A stretch of 64,000 nucleotides of DNA from Octopus bimaculoides (lineage: Eukaryota), in assembly GCF_001194135.2 (NCBI RefSeq), contig NC_068993.1, positions 25,861,432-25,925,431 of the forward strand, read 5' to 3'. The translations under genes and the position numbers were made by a program. Below are positions 52,507-63,764 of the stretch, one piece after another (position 1 is the stretch's first letter; each line of letters begins with the position of its first letter). The notes beneath the pieces were generated by a model. That model was not told the DNA's origin, did not search any database, and saw nothing but the letters and a program-made list of their open reading frames with translations.

Positions 52507-53560
52507 ACATGTTTGACTTTTGCTTTGTATTTGTACAAGTTGACTCTAAGTCTCACCCAGAGACCTCAAGAGACAACAAGTTAAAAGTTCATGTTGGTGT
52601 TATGCCTAGGGTGTCATATATTTGGTTTTGCATATAGTATTGTTCTAGAGAATGTTTAAGAAAACAAGAAAATTATGAGTTTGTTTTGAAATTTGAGATT
52701 ACATAGACAGTTTTTATGTTGGATATGGGCAGTTCCCATGAGCACTATCTTTTGAATTTCTGCCATTTTGGAGTTTCCTGGTATCTGAGCTAGGTAGGAA
52801 TCAGCCCCTTTTGCTATCATTCCTAGGGTACCTATGACACCAGGTATTGTTTTAGTCCTGAGGTTCCACATTTTGCCAATTTCTATTTCAAGATCATTAT
52901 ATTTGCTCAGTTTTTAGTAGGTCTTGACAGATACATTTATGTCAGTTGCGACATGATTTTTGTCTGAAGTCTTTCAATATCATGTCTGACCTATTCGCAT
53001 CTATCTTTCTGTCTGCTTGAATGGTGAAGTTCCAGAGGAGTGAGATGTGATCCTTTTCAAGCACTGGAGGTGGTTTGTGTTCCCACCAGTTTTTATTATG
53101 GGGAAGGTCCTGGTTTTTGCAAATTACCCAGTGAATATATTGTGCTGCTCTATCATGCCTGTTTAGATACTTTGTAGGCACAAGAAGACTGCACATTGAG
53201 ACAACATGATCAATGGTCTTATTTTGTTGTTTACATACACAACATATTGAGCTACTGCCATACTTTAATATGTTGGCCTGGTAGTTTCTTGTATGTAGGC
53301 ACTGATCTTGGGCTGCTATGATAAACCCTTCTGTTTCTGATTTTAAGCCAGAAGACACTAACCATTGATGGGTAAGGGCTTTGTCAACATTGACACTATT
53401 AGCTCTCTTTGGGCATTTGCCATTCAGAAGTTTTTCTTGCCACTTATCAGTAAGAATATCTAAGGCAGCAATTTTAGCACAGGTTTTCTTATGCTTAACA
53501 CCAATGTCTTCTCAACGATTAGCCAGAGATGATTTTTAAAATGAGAATATCTGAAATAAA
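52500..53560 (-). mobile_element. Dong/R4 LINE 3' part with CCHC and restriction-like endonuclease
   Basis: GLKSETEGFIIAAQDQ..CCVCKQQNKTIDHVVSMC..RHDRAA..LLWNFTIQADRKIDANRSDM, then VIGTLGMI..IQKIVLMGTAHI. It ends in (TAA)n at 52430-52503. Confidence 0.92.
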
Positions 53561-53749
53561 CACAACTGCTCTCACAAACATGAATACTAAAAATGAACCT
53601 AAAAATTAAGTAAAAAAAAACAGGAAAAATAATCCAGAATCCTTGTCCGGTACCAAATTGATCCCCAAATCTAATCAGTTTGTGCCAGTCATGAGGCCAA
53701 ACATCCCTGAAAGTTTCATCCGAAACTTATCCACAGACAAACAAACAAA

Positions 53750-53985
53750 CAAACATGAGGTGGAGGTAATAATAAAAACACCAAGATTAACAAATATATA
53801 TAACATACAGAAAATAGCACTACTAGGCACCACACACACATCCTACATAAAACACTTTCAATACAGTAACTATAAGAGCATCACAATAAACCACAGCACT
53901 AAGTACACAGAGCTGTGCTCGGTAGTGCAGTGAAAGCACGTGATAAAAATAAAACTACTGAATAATAATAATGATAATAATTCTT
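53750..53985 (+). mobile_element. Dong/R4 3' remnant
   Basis: IYNIQKIALLGTTH followed by a 3' UTR and (AAT)n. Confidence 0.6.
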
Positions 53986-54189
53986 TCTTTTTATTGGCCA
54001 CAAGGGCTAATATAAATCCAAACATTGTCACGCACATATGGTTGTGATGCATGTGCCTGGTGTGTCCTTATCAGGTAGTCATGATGGGTATACTGGGCTT
54101 CGTATATTTTACTCCAGTGTCACTTTGATGGCATGCACTGCTCTCTCACTCAATAATGATAATAACAATAGTGATGGACTCTTCCATTG

Positions 54190-54432
54190 AAGATGACATA
54201 TAAGTGATCAGCTTTATTTATAGTGATCAAATCTATGTGTTGCACATTACCTCACTCCCTCCATCAAATCAACGTTGCCTGAACAGGTGCATGGTATGCC
54301 ATGCCTCAGGTGTCGAACTGATTGCAGAGCAACATGAGATGAAGTGTTTGCTCAAGAATACGATGAATTATTTGGGCTAGGAATTAAAACCATGAGATCA
54401 TAATCATGAGTGCAACACCCTAACTGCTAGGC
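54190..54432 (-). mobile_element. Third tRNA-derived SINE family (V-SINE-like core)
   Basis: Reverse complement GGCCTAGCAGTTAGGGTGTTGCACTCATG..GGTTTTAATTCC..TCTTGAGCAAACACTTCATCTCATGTTGCTC. Confidence 0.55.
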
Positions 54433-54470
54433 CATGTGTCCTCAATAATAATGATAATAATAATAATAAC

Positions 54471-54529
<59 letters not shown>

Positions 54530-54554
54530 TGATGATGATGATGATGATGATGAT

Positions 54555-54710
54555 GATGGTTTTCAAATTTTGGCACAAGGCCAGCAAGTTCAGGGGAAGG
54601 AGTAAGTCGACTATTTTGACCCCAGTGCTCAACTGGTATTAATCTTATTGACTCCAAAAGGATGTAAGGCAAAGTTGACCTTAGTGGAATTTGAACTCTG
54701 AACATAAAGC
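54555..54710 (-). mobile_element. SINE family A embedded in (AAT)n/(GAT)n
   Basis: Family A consensus. Confidence 0.85.
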
Positions 54711-54809
<99 letters not shown>

Positions 54810-54849
54810 AAGAAGAAGAAGAAGAAGAAGAAGAAGAAGAAGAAGAATA

Positions 54850-56245
54850 ATATTAGTCATGAGAAGGGGACAGATGGTCAACAGTGAAGGCATCCAATTA
54901 CCAGATGGCCAGACATTAAAATCATTGAAAGGAGGAGAGAGTTATAAGTATCTAGGAATATTAGAATCATCTGACAGAGTACTAACTATAGAAATGAAAA
55001 CGAAAATTGATAAGGAGTACATCAGAAGGTTAAGGAAGCTAATGAAGTCAAAGCTAAATGGACCGACTCTAGTGAAGGCTGTAAATACTTGAGTAGTATC
55101 AATTCTTAGATACTCAGCAGCTTTTGTAAACTGGGCAAAAACTGAATTAGCAAAGCTAGACAGAAGAACTAGGAAGGAATTCAAATGAATGGAGGACTCC
55201 ACCTATGGGCAGGAGTAGTAAGATTATACCTGCCTAGAAAGGAAGGTGGAAGAGGGCTAATATCAGTGGAAGACTCCGTGGAGTTAGCTAGAGTAGATAT
55301 AGTCTCCTATGTAGGTAATAGTGAAGAAAGTTTACTAAAAGCTGCTAGAGTCACAGCAAGACATAGGGAAACCAAAACACCAAACAAACTTAAAAACCAG
55401 AAAAAAGAACAAAGACTGGCAGGAGAAGGTAGATTCTCAAAGATAATTTCAGCAAATAGTAGTAGTGAGACATGGTTATGGCTGCAGAGGGGAAAGCTGA
55501 AGAGAGAGACAGAAAGTTTGTTAGTAGTAGCACAAGATTAAGCATTAAGGACTAATTGGATAAAAGCCAAAATAGACAAAAATTATGTAGATTCCCAATG
55601 CAAATCAAAAGAGGAAAGCATTACTCATATAGTAAGTGAATATAGCATGCTAGCACAGAAAGAATACAAGAAAAGACATCACAATCTAAGGAGAGTAATC
55701 CACTGGGAGCTTTGTAGAAAGCTAGGATTTGAACATACTGATAAATGATATGAACATGAATCTAATAAAGTACTAGAAAGTAAGAAGTACAAAATGTTAT
55801 GGGACTTTAACATTCAGACTGACATAATAGAAGCTAGAAGGCCTGATTTGGTAGTGGTGGATAAAGATGACAGAAAGTGCCAGATAATTGACTTTACAGT
55901 CTCAAATGATGAACAATTAATATGAGAAGTATAGACAAATTAGCTAAGTACCAGGACCTAGCTATTGAATTACAAAGACTATGGAAAGTGCGGGTAGTTA
56001 TAGGTGCATTGGGAACTGTCCCTAAAGTTCTGGACAGATGGATAGAGGAAACAGGCATAAAACCCAGTTTTGTACAGCTGCAGAAAACAGTATTATTAAG
56101 GACAGCTAGGATACTTGGGAGAGTTCTTGGCATCTAAGGTTACTTGCTGTAACCCAATAGGAGGGTTCTTGGTATCTAAGCAACTTATTGTAGCCCAATG
56201 TTAGAATTCTTTTATTTTCCAACAGTCTAATCTGTTGATTGTATA

Positions 56246-56250
<5 letters not shown>
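54850..56250 (+). mobile_element. Dong/R4 LINE, 5'-truncated
   Basis: EGIQLPDGQTLKSLKGGESYKYLGILE, RLYLPRKEGGRGLISVED, LKRETESLLVVAQD, IEARRPDL and KYQDLAIELQRLWKVRVVIGALGTVPK. Flanked by (AAT)n(AGA)n and (AAT)n. Confidence 0.93.
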
Positions 56251-56306
<56 letters not shown>

Positions 56307-56339
56307 TGATGATGATGATGATGATGATTTCATTTATTT

Positions 56340-56880
56340 GCCACCAGGGCGAAGGATGAGGGGGACAATACAGAGACAGGCATAAAATGTGGTGGGTTTA
56401 CATATAATAATGAAATGATAAAAAAAAAGTAAATATACACGGTATACAGTGAAAAAGAAGGGACATATGCATAGCGTACAAAAGTAAAGAAAAAGTTAGC
56501 AGTGGGGATGATAGAGATGTGGTCCTCCTGATACAGGAAGGCCTCTAGAGATAATTGAAGAACCCTACACGTGAAGATTTCCCTGAAACCCCAAGAGTAA
56601 ATGGCCTCTCCAATTCCTTCTGTCCAACTACACTTAGAGAGGTACCATCCATTCTTGCCATTTTTGCAACTTTCACTCACCTTTCAATAAACTCACTCGA
56701 GGACTGTACTTCTCTCTCCACTCTTAATTTCCTTTTCAAGTGAAACTTGAAGAAGTTAATGAAAGCTCTGCCAAAGAGGAATGTATCTGTCCTCCTGGCT
56801 TTCAGCCTTGTCCACCAAACATCCGCTTTCACCACAGCCACCAGGCAAAGGAAAACTGAAGGAGGGCAGTGGGGCGATTA
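56340..56880 (-). mobile_element. L1/Tx1-like LINE 3' end
   Basis: Minus strand reads AVVKADVWWTRLK..FINFFKFHLKRKLRVEREV..FIERWVKVAKMA. Confidence 0.7.
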
Positions 56881-57302
56881 TCACAACAGACTCGGCCGAC
56901 AGATAGTAATAACAGTATTAAAAATTAAAAATTAAAAACCATCATTATTATTTTCATTGTTGTTGCTTTGCTTTATATAAACTGTTCCAAGTTTCACTGA
57001 GAAACTTCAAGTAACAGCAAGTTGGACGTTTTACGGTGGGTATTATTTATGGTTAGCAATGATATATTGTAGGGAAAGGAGACTAAATACTGAGAATAAG
57101 GATTTTGTTGAATTATTTGCATTTCTGAAAGAATTTAAAAGATTTTAAAAGAGTCACATATTCTCAGGATCACTGTGTTTTACGCAGGATGTGGGCATTG
57201 TCCACTAACCTAGTATATTTTGACAACTTGTATACTCATTTGAGGCTAACACAAAGTAACCAGAGATGAAGTTATCAATTATTATTATTATTATTATTAT
57301 TA

Positions 57303-57760
57303 ATCAGGTGGTGAGCTAGTAGAATCACTAGCATACTGGGCTAAATGTTTAGTGACATTTCATTTTTCTTTACGTTCTGTGTTCAAATTCTGCCAAGGTC
57401 AACTTATGAGGTTGATAAATATGTACCAGTTGAACACCGAAATTAGTGCAATCAGCATATCCTCTCCTCCTAAACTGCTGGCCTTATACCAAAATTTGTC
57501 ATCACCATCATCATAATTATCATCATCATCATCATTATTATTGTTGTTGTTATTGTCATTATTGTTGTTGCTGTTGTTAGAGCATTGGATTGCTAGAATC
57601 ATTACAATGTCTGACAGTTATTAAAGTGATGAGTTGGCAGAATTATTCGAGTATCTTTCAGAGTTGACAAAATAAGTAGCAGTTGAGCAGTACCGGTTGA
57701 TGTAATTGAACAGATCCCATCCTAAAATTTCAGGCCTAGTGCTAATAGTAGAAAGGATTA
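57303..57760 (+). mobile_element. Two SINE family A copies
   Basis: AGGTGGTGAGCTAGTAGAATC head; second head GATGAGTTGGCAGAATT. Confidence 0.8.
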
Positions 57761-58672
57761 GTATAAGTATTAGTAATATTGGTTCTTGAAGTGTACACGT
57801 GTGCTTATTTCACTCTCAAGCTCAATCACATTCAAGCATTACCAAATGAAATTTTCTTTGGAGCTGAATACAATATTCTGAGGAATAGACAATTAAATTT
57901 GGAATATAACACTCAGAAGCAGACAAGTAGGAAAAAAAGGTTTCTTTTTACAGACATTTCATTATTTTTTTACACACTTTCACTTTTAAAATGGCCAGGA
58001 AACACAAATACGGTAGACAAAAAAAAAATTGCAACAATAAGAAACAAATGGTCATTTAAATGAATGATAAATGTATCAAATATTCCAGTTTCAAAGTGAT
58101 AGTATCAACAGCATCAGCAACAATGGTAACATTTGTACTTCAATTCACTCATACAGTAGCTGTGTTAAAGCAAACCATGCTTCAGTTACACAACAAACAT
58201 AACAAGCAGAATTTTTAGACTTAACATAGTTCCAAGAAACAAAATTGAGAGACTTTTGTGAGACAAAATAATATTTCTTTACCACAGGAATCCAAGAGAA
58301 AGCAAGAAGAAAAATTATATATATCTGTAATTTAGTGAAAAATGGAACTGGAACTGGACTTACAACAGACACTTTCCTGTACAAACTGATTGACCACGAG
58401 GGAAACGAGGACATGTCCAATACAGCAAGATATTTTAAGCTTACCTGCCTTTATAACCTCATTTTTTATTTATTTATCACACACCTGTCTATAAAGGAGC
58501 TGAACCCTTTTATGATTCCATGTTGGGAAGATATTCTTTCTTCTATGCATTGTCCATTCGTAAACATTTCTTTCCCACAACTTTACTCTGATACACAACT
58601 TTGAAACCAGAACAACTCATGCTTCTGATCCACACACTATATAACATTGTCAAAACCCTTACTTTATTTAGG

Positions 58673-58706
<34 letters not shown>

Positions 58707-58776
58707 AGCAATATTTATAGCAATAGAGAATAAGGAGACAGATACATCCTCAAAATTTGTTTCCTTTCTTTTACAA

Positions 58777-59017
58777 TGTCATACAGCATATTTTTATGGT
58801 TAAGATGACCTACACATGTTTCCACTGCTCAGTGTATGTGCTGTTGCATATGCAACTGGCCATAATTTTCAAGGTCTTGACTCAAAATGAAGCTGGCTAA
58901 AAGACCCTACAAGAAGCTGCACAGAAAATTATGCCCAGTTGCATATAAAGCTGCACATACTCTGTGCAGGGGAAACAAGTGTAGGTTATCATAACAATAA
59001 AAATATGTTGTATGACA
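58777..59017. repeat. Foldback (MITE-like) element: 94-bp inverted arms, 53-bp spacer
   Basis: 58777-58870 versus the reverse complement of 58924-59017 shows 13 mismatches in 94 bp, counted by hand. Confidence 0.85.
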
Positions 59018-59282
59018 TCGCAATATAAAAGGAAATAAGTTTTTAGGATGTACCAATCTCCTTGTTCTCTATTGTCATGATTATGGCAGATAATATTACC
59101 ATCCAGCAAAGCGAACATGGAATTACCCATTGGAGGAATTTACAGCATGAGTGACAACTTCTAGTAGTTGTAGATGTTAAATACTAATTGATGTGGTTAG
59201 CCATAAAATGAAACACAACTGGGAACTACCACAGTATCCATGCAGATAATATATCCCTCTAAACTCTCCCCCCTCGCAAACA

Positions 59283-59887
59283 TAAGGACACAGGAAATGT
59301 GTCAAGGCCAACAGGAAGCGGTCCAGCTTCCTAGGGCTAAATAGCAGTAGTATATTCCCTTATTGGGACTGTCACGTTAAGTTGACAGTATACAACAGAG
59401 ATAAATTAAATATAGAGATATTCCATTGACAATCCAAATATAATATATAACATAACATAATATTATATAAATAATTATAAATCTGTAAAAGTCCAACAAA
59501 TTGTTTCGACTTATATATATTTTTTTTTATATACATAATCACAGTTCAATTATATATAAGTCACTTCAGGGTCAATCGACACAGAGAGACAAAATCCTGT
59601 CTAGAAAGGACAGCTGGACTGTAAAAACTTTACAATCCAGACGGGATTTCATCTCTCTGAACTGATTGACCGTGAAGTGACTTATATATGATTGAACTGT
59701 GATTATTTATATTAAAAAATATATATTTATAAGTCGAAACAATTTGTTGGACTTATATGGTTTTTATAATTATTTATATAATATTATGTTATGTTATATA
59801 TTATATTCATAGTATTTAATGTAGTATGTAATATAAATAAATTATTGGATTGTCAATGGAATATCTCTATATTTAATTTATCTTTAT

Positions 59888-59919
<32 letters not shown>

Positions 59920-60036
59920 GTTGTAGTATATTGTCAACTTAATGTGACAATCCCAATAAGGGAATACACTACTGCCGTTTAGCCCTAGGAAGCTGGACCG
60001 CTTCCTGTTGGCCTTGACACAATTACTGTGTCCTTA
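59283..60036. repeat. Large imperfect palindrome with its axis at about 59627
   Basis: 59283-59625 mirrors 59629-60036. The centre is CTGGA-C-TGTAAA-AAC-TTTACA-A-TCCAG. The right arm has an AT-rich insertion and a (TA)n expansion. Confidence 0.92.
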
Positions 60037-60271
60037 AGTCTGGCTAGGCTGGGTGGAGGAGCTTGTCTCCTCCTCGCAGACTTAAGGACACAGTAATTGT
60101 GTCAAGGCCAACAGGAAGCGGTCCAGCTTCCTNNNNNNNNNNNNNNNNNNNNNNNNNNNNNNNNNNNNNNNNNNNNNNNNNNNNNNNNNNNNNNNNNNNN
60201 NNNNNNNNNNNNNNNNNNGTAGTGTATTCCCTTATTGGGATTGTCACATTAAGTTGACAATACACTACAAC
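59920..60271. repeat. Second foldback overlapping the palindrome: about 123-bp near-identical inverted arms, 34-nt GC-rich spacer
   Basis: 59920-60042 mirrors 60077-60271. The right arm contains the 60133-60218 N-gap. Confidence 0.85.
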
Positions 60272-60359
60272 TTTATCGCTCCACTAGTGCTTAAATCTCT
60301 CTGAGAGATTTAGAAATATTATATTTCTAATTATATATATATATATATATATATCATCA

Positions 60360-62085
60360 ACATCATCATCATCATCATCATTGTTTAATATCTGCTTTCC
60401 AGGCTGGCATGGGTTGGACAGTTTGATTGAGAACTGGCAAGCTGGGAGGCTGCATCAGGCTCCAGCCTGATTTGGCAAGGTTTCTACAGCTGGATGCCCT
60501 TCCTAATGCCAACCACTCCAAGAGTGTAGTGGGTGTCTTTATGCATCACTGGCACAAGAGCCAGTTAGGTGGAAATGGCATCAGTCTTACTCGAATGCTG
60601 CTTTTTATGTGCCACCAGCATGGGTGCTAGTTAGGTGACACTAGCATCAACCACACTTGAATGCTGCATTTTATGCTTTTTACGTGCCACTGGCACAGGT
60701 GCCAGTCAGGCGGCACTGGCATCAGCCACACTTGAATGGTGCTTTTTACATACTTGTCAGGCAGCACTGGCATCGACCATGACTACAATTTCATTCAGTT
60801 CAACAGGTCTTCTCAAGCGCAGCATACTGCCCAATGATTGAAGGGTGTTTTTAAATGGGCCAGTTATGTGACACTGGCATTGGCCATGACTACTATCTTA
60901 GCTTGCCAGGTTTTCTCAAGCATGGCATATCTCCAAAGGTTTCGGTTGCTTGTCATTGCCTCTGTGAGGCCCAACATTCAAAGGTTGTGCTTCACCACCT
61001 CATCTCATGTTTCCTGGGTCTACCTCATCCACAGGTTCCCTCCACTGTTAGGGTGTGATACTTCTTCATACAGCTGTCTTCATCCTTACACATCACATGA
61101 CCATACCAGTGCAGTCGTCTCTCTTTCGTGCACCACAGCTGATGCATCTTATGTCCAACTTTTCTCTCAGAAAGCTTACACTGTGTTGTGTATGCACACT
61201 GACATTACACATCTAGCAAAGCATACTAGTTTCATTTCTTTCAAGAATACGCATGTCTTCAGCAGTTACAGATCATGTTTCACTGCCATGTAGCATGGTT
61301 GTTTGGACACAAGCATCATACAGTCTACTATTCACTCTGAGGAAGAGGCCCTTTGTTACCAGCAGAGGTAGGAGCTCTGCCCAGGCTACTTTGCTCAGGC
61401 TAGGCTACTTTTATTCTTACCACTACACTCTCAGAGCATCCACTCCCACTACTAACTTGGTCTCCTATGTAACAGAAGCTATTAACTACTAGTTTTTTTT
61501 CCCCTGGTATGTGATGGAATCTGTTTCCTGTACATCTTTGGTGTTTATTGCCCCTGTACATCTGTCACACACAAAACTCTTCCCAGTTAACCTTCCTTTG
61601 GTACTGCTGCACTTCTTATGTGTCCATAGATTACACCAGGTAATCTTATGGAGTTTCTACCTACACCTTTTCTACACATTGAGCAGGAAGGGATTTGGGA
61701 TTTGTCTGCCTTTCTATTTGCTAAAACTTTGGCTTTTGCTAGGTTGGCTCTAAGGCCCTTCGATTCTAGGCCATGCTTAAACACCTGAAACTTCTTCTCT
61801 AGTTCTGGTAGTGACTCAACTATTAGAGCAAGGTCATCAGCACAGAGGAGCTCCCAGGGGCACCCTGTCTTGAATTCCTCTGTTATTGCCTGGAGGACTG
61901 ATCCTTGGTGAACTCCTACTTCTACCCGGAAATCTTTGCTATAGTTGTTGCCAACCCTCACCTTACTGACAGCATCCCTGTACATGGCTTGTACATGTCT
62001 CACCAACCACTCATCGATTCCTAGTTTCTGCATTGACCACCAGATAAGGGATCGAGGGACTCTGTCAAAGGCTTTCTCCATGTCA
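60360..62085 (-). mobile_element. RTE-clade LINE, RT to 3' end
   Basis: DMEKAFDRVPRSLIWWSMQKLG..GVHQGSVL..ELLCADDLAL. The 3' UTR has about 55-bp internal repeats (60530-60800) and a (CAT)n tail at 60355-60380. Confidence 0.93.
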
Positions 62086-62095
62086 TATATATATA

Positions 62096-62787
62096 CAGGG
62101 TGCAATGGGTAAATTGTTGCCATTTTATATGTTTAGTTTCGTGCATGCAGATTGTTTCTGATTTTGTCAACTACACAGTATAGTAGGGTTACTTGGGCAC
62201 CAGCTGTTAAAAAACAACACCATGATGCAATTCATTTGGAAATAACATGCTGTACTGCTTGGCATTCATGCCAGAAGCTCCAATATGAACATTTCAGAGT
62301 GTTGGATGTCACTCTGGAGGCAGTAGTGCTACCCTGCATCAAGAGGGTGACTGCTGGAAGAGCCTATATCTAGCAATAGGGCTCTGCACCATGCCACACA
62401 AGCAGGAGAATCTAGTCATGACTGTCAGACAATTCCTGCAACCACATCACTCCTAACATCTGGCCACCTAACTCCTGAAACTGCAACAAACTTGATTATT
62501 ATATGTGGGATGCAGCTGAATGAAAGACCAACAAAACTCCTTGTAACACCAAAGATGAACTGAAGGCAAGGATTATGGCAGCATTCACCAACATAAACAA
62601 GGAGACTGTCCAGAAGAGTTGTAGGAGATTCCAAATTCGTTTGGAGGCCATGGTTGAAGCGAATGGCGATTTCAGTGAATAAATTTACTCTTTAGTATTT
62701 CAAGATATTTCTTTGTAATTTTGGTAAATATATCTGTTAAAATGAAATGTCAGTGTTATTTTCCTTTTTGCATAATTTAGATGACAA
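62096..62787 (+). mobile_element. maT (DD37D) element, internally deleted, inserted into the RTE
   Basis: (TA)n then CAGGGTG TIR. It reads *Q*GSAPCHTSRR..WPPNS*NCNKLDY..ELKARIMAAFTNINKETVQKSCRRFQIRLEAMVEANGDFSE*. The right end runs into the gap. Confidence 0.85.
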
Positions 62788-63038
62788 NNNNNNNNNNNNN
62801 NNNNNNNNNNNNNNNNNNNNNNNNNNNNNNNNNNNNNNNNNNNNNNNNNNNNNNNNNNNNNNNNNNNNNNNNNNNNNNNNNNNNNNNNNNNNNNNNNNNN
62901 NNNNNNNNNNNNNNNNNNNNNNNNNNNNNNNNNNNNNNNNNNNNNNNNNNNNNNNNNNNNNNNNNNNNNNNNNNNNNNNNNNNNNNNNNNNNNNNNNNNN
63001 NNNNNNNNNNNNNNNNNNNNNGTGTCTATGTTTTGTAA

Positions 63039-63734
63039 GTGCATGTGTGTGTATGGGGAGTGCCTGTATTATCTATATCCTCTGTTAATACATGTTTCAT
63101 TGAAAGGATTAAGAAGAAAATAGGGAAGGCCAACTCATGGTATGATAGCCACAAATACCAGAACATCATGTTCATCGACACCACCCCTAGAGGCGAACTG
63201 GCGTACCGCTTTAGAAGGGCCTTAGACAAACTTAAGCTAAGAATTAAGGTTGTTGAAAGGCCAGGAAAACCTATCAAATCCCTTATCAGTAGAACATACC
63301 CTTTTAGTAGAACCCCTTGCACTGATAGGAACTGTACTGTATGTAGATTTAGCCCACAAACAAACTGTAAAACCAGAAATGTGGTCTATAGTATAAGATG
63401 TACAGAGGGACGATGCAGTAACAAGACAACAAGGTATGTAGAGGAAACAGCATGGAGCATAGGAGAGCAGGTAAATGAACATTGGAGGGAACTTAAGGAA
63501 GAGAAGAGCTCATCAGTTCTGTACCAGCACGCTGAGCAGGAACACGGAGGCTCACTCAACAACATAGAAATTAAAATCTTATCCACACATAGCACAGACG
63601 CAGCACTTAGACAAATTACAGAAGCTACACACATAATAGAAAATAAACCTAGCCTGAATAGGAAACTGGAATGGAACACTAACACACACCCCCAACAAAC
63701 CACAACATATGACAATAAATTCCACATAAACTGA
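63039..63734 (+). mobile_element. Penelope-like element ORF C-terminus (Cys linker plus GIY-YIG endonuclease)
   Basis: 231-aa open frame with MFIDTTPRGELA..IKVVERPG, CTDRNCTVC..C, NVVYSIRC..YVEET, EH..LYQHAEQEH and RQITEATHI..PSLN. Confidence 0.9.
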
Positions 63735-63764
63735 TAACAATATGAACAAAATATAATACAATAC

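Noticed and set aside
58260-58604. About 110-aa plus-strand ORF after an AG acceptor; nearby minus-strand donors at 58364 and 58444
   Set aside because: No domain similarity, no matching donor on +, and stops close upstream of the minus donors.
60530-60800. Repeats of about 55 bp (and the 15950-16645 array) considered as CRISPR-like
   Set aside because: Eukaryotic context, degenerate units without unique spacers, and no cas genes; the former is part of the RTE 3' UTR.
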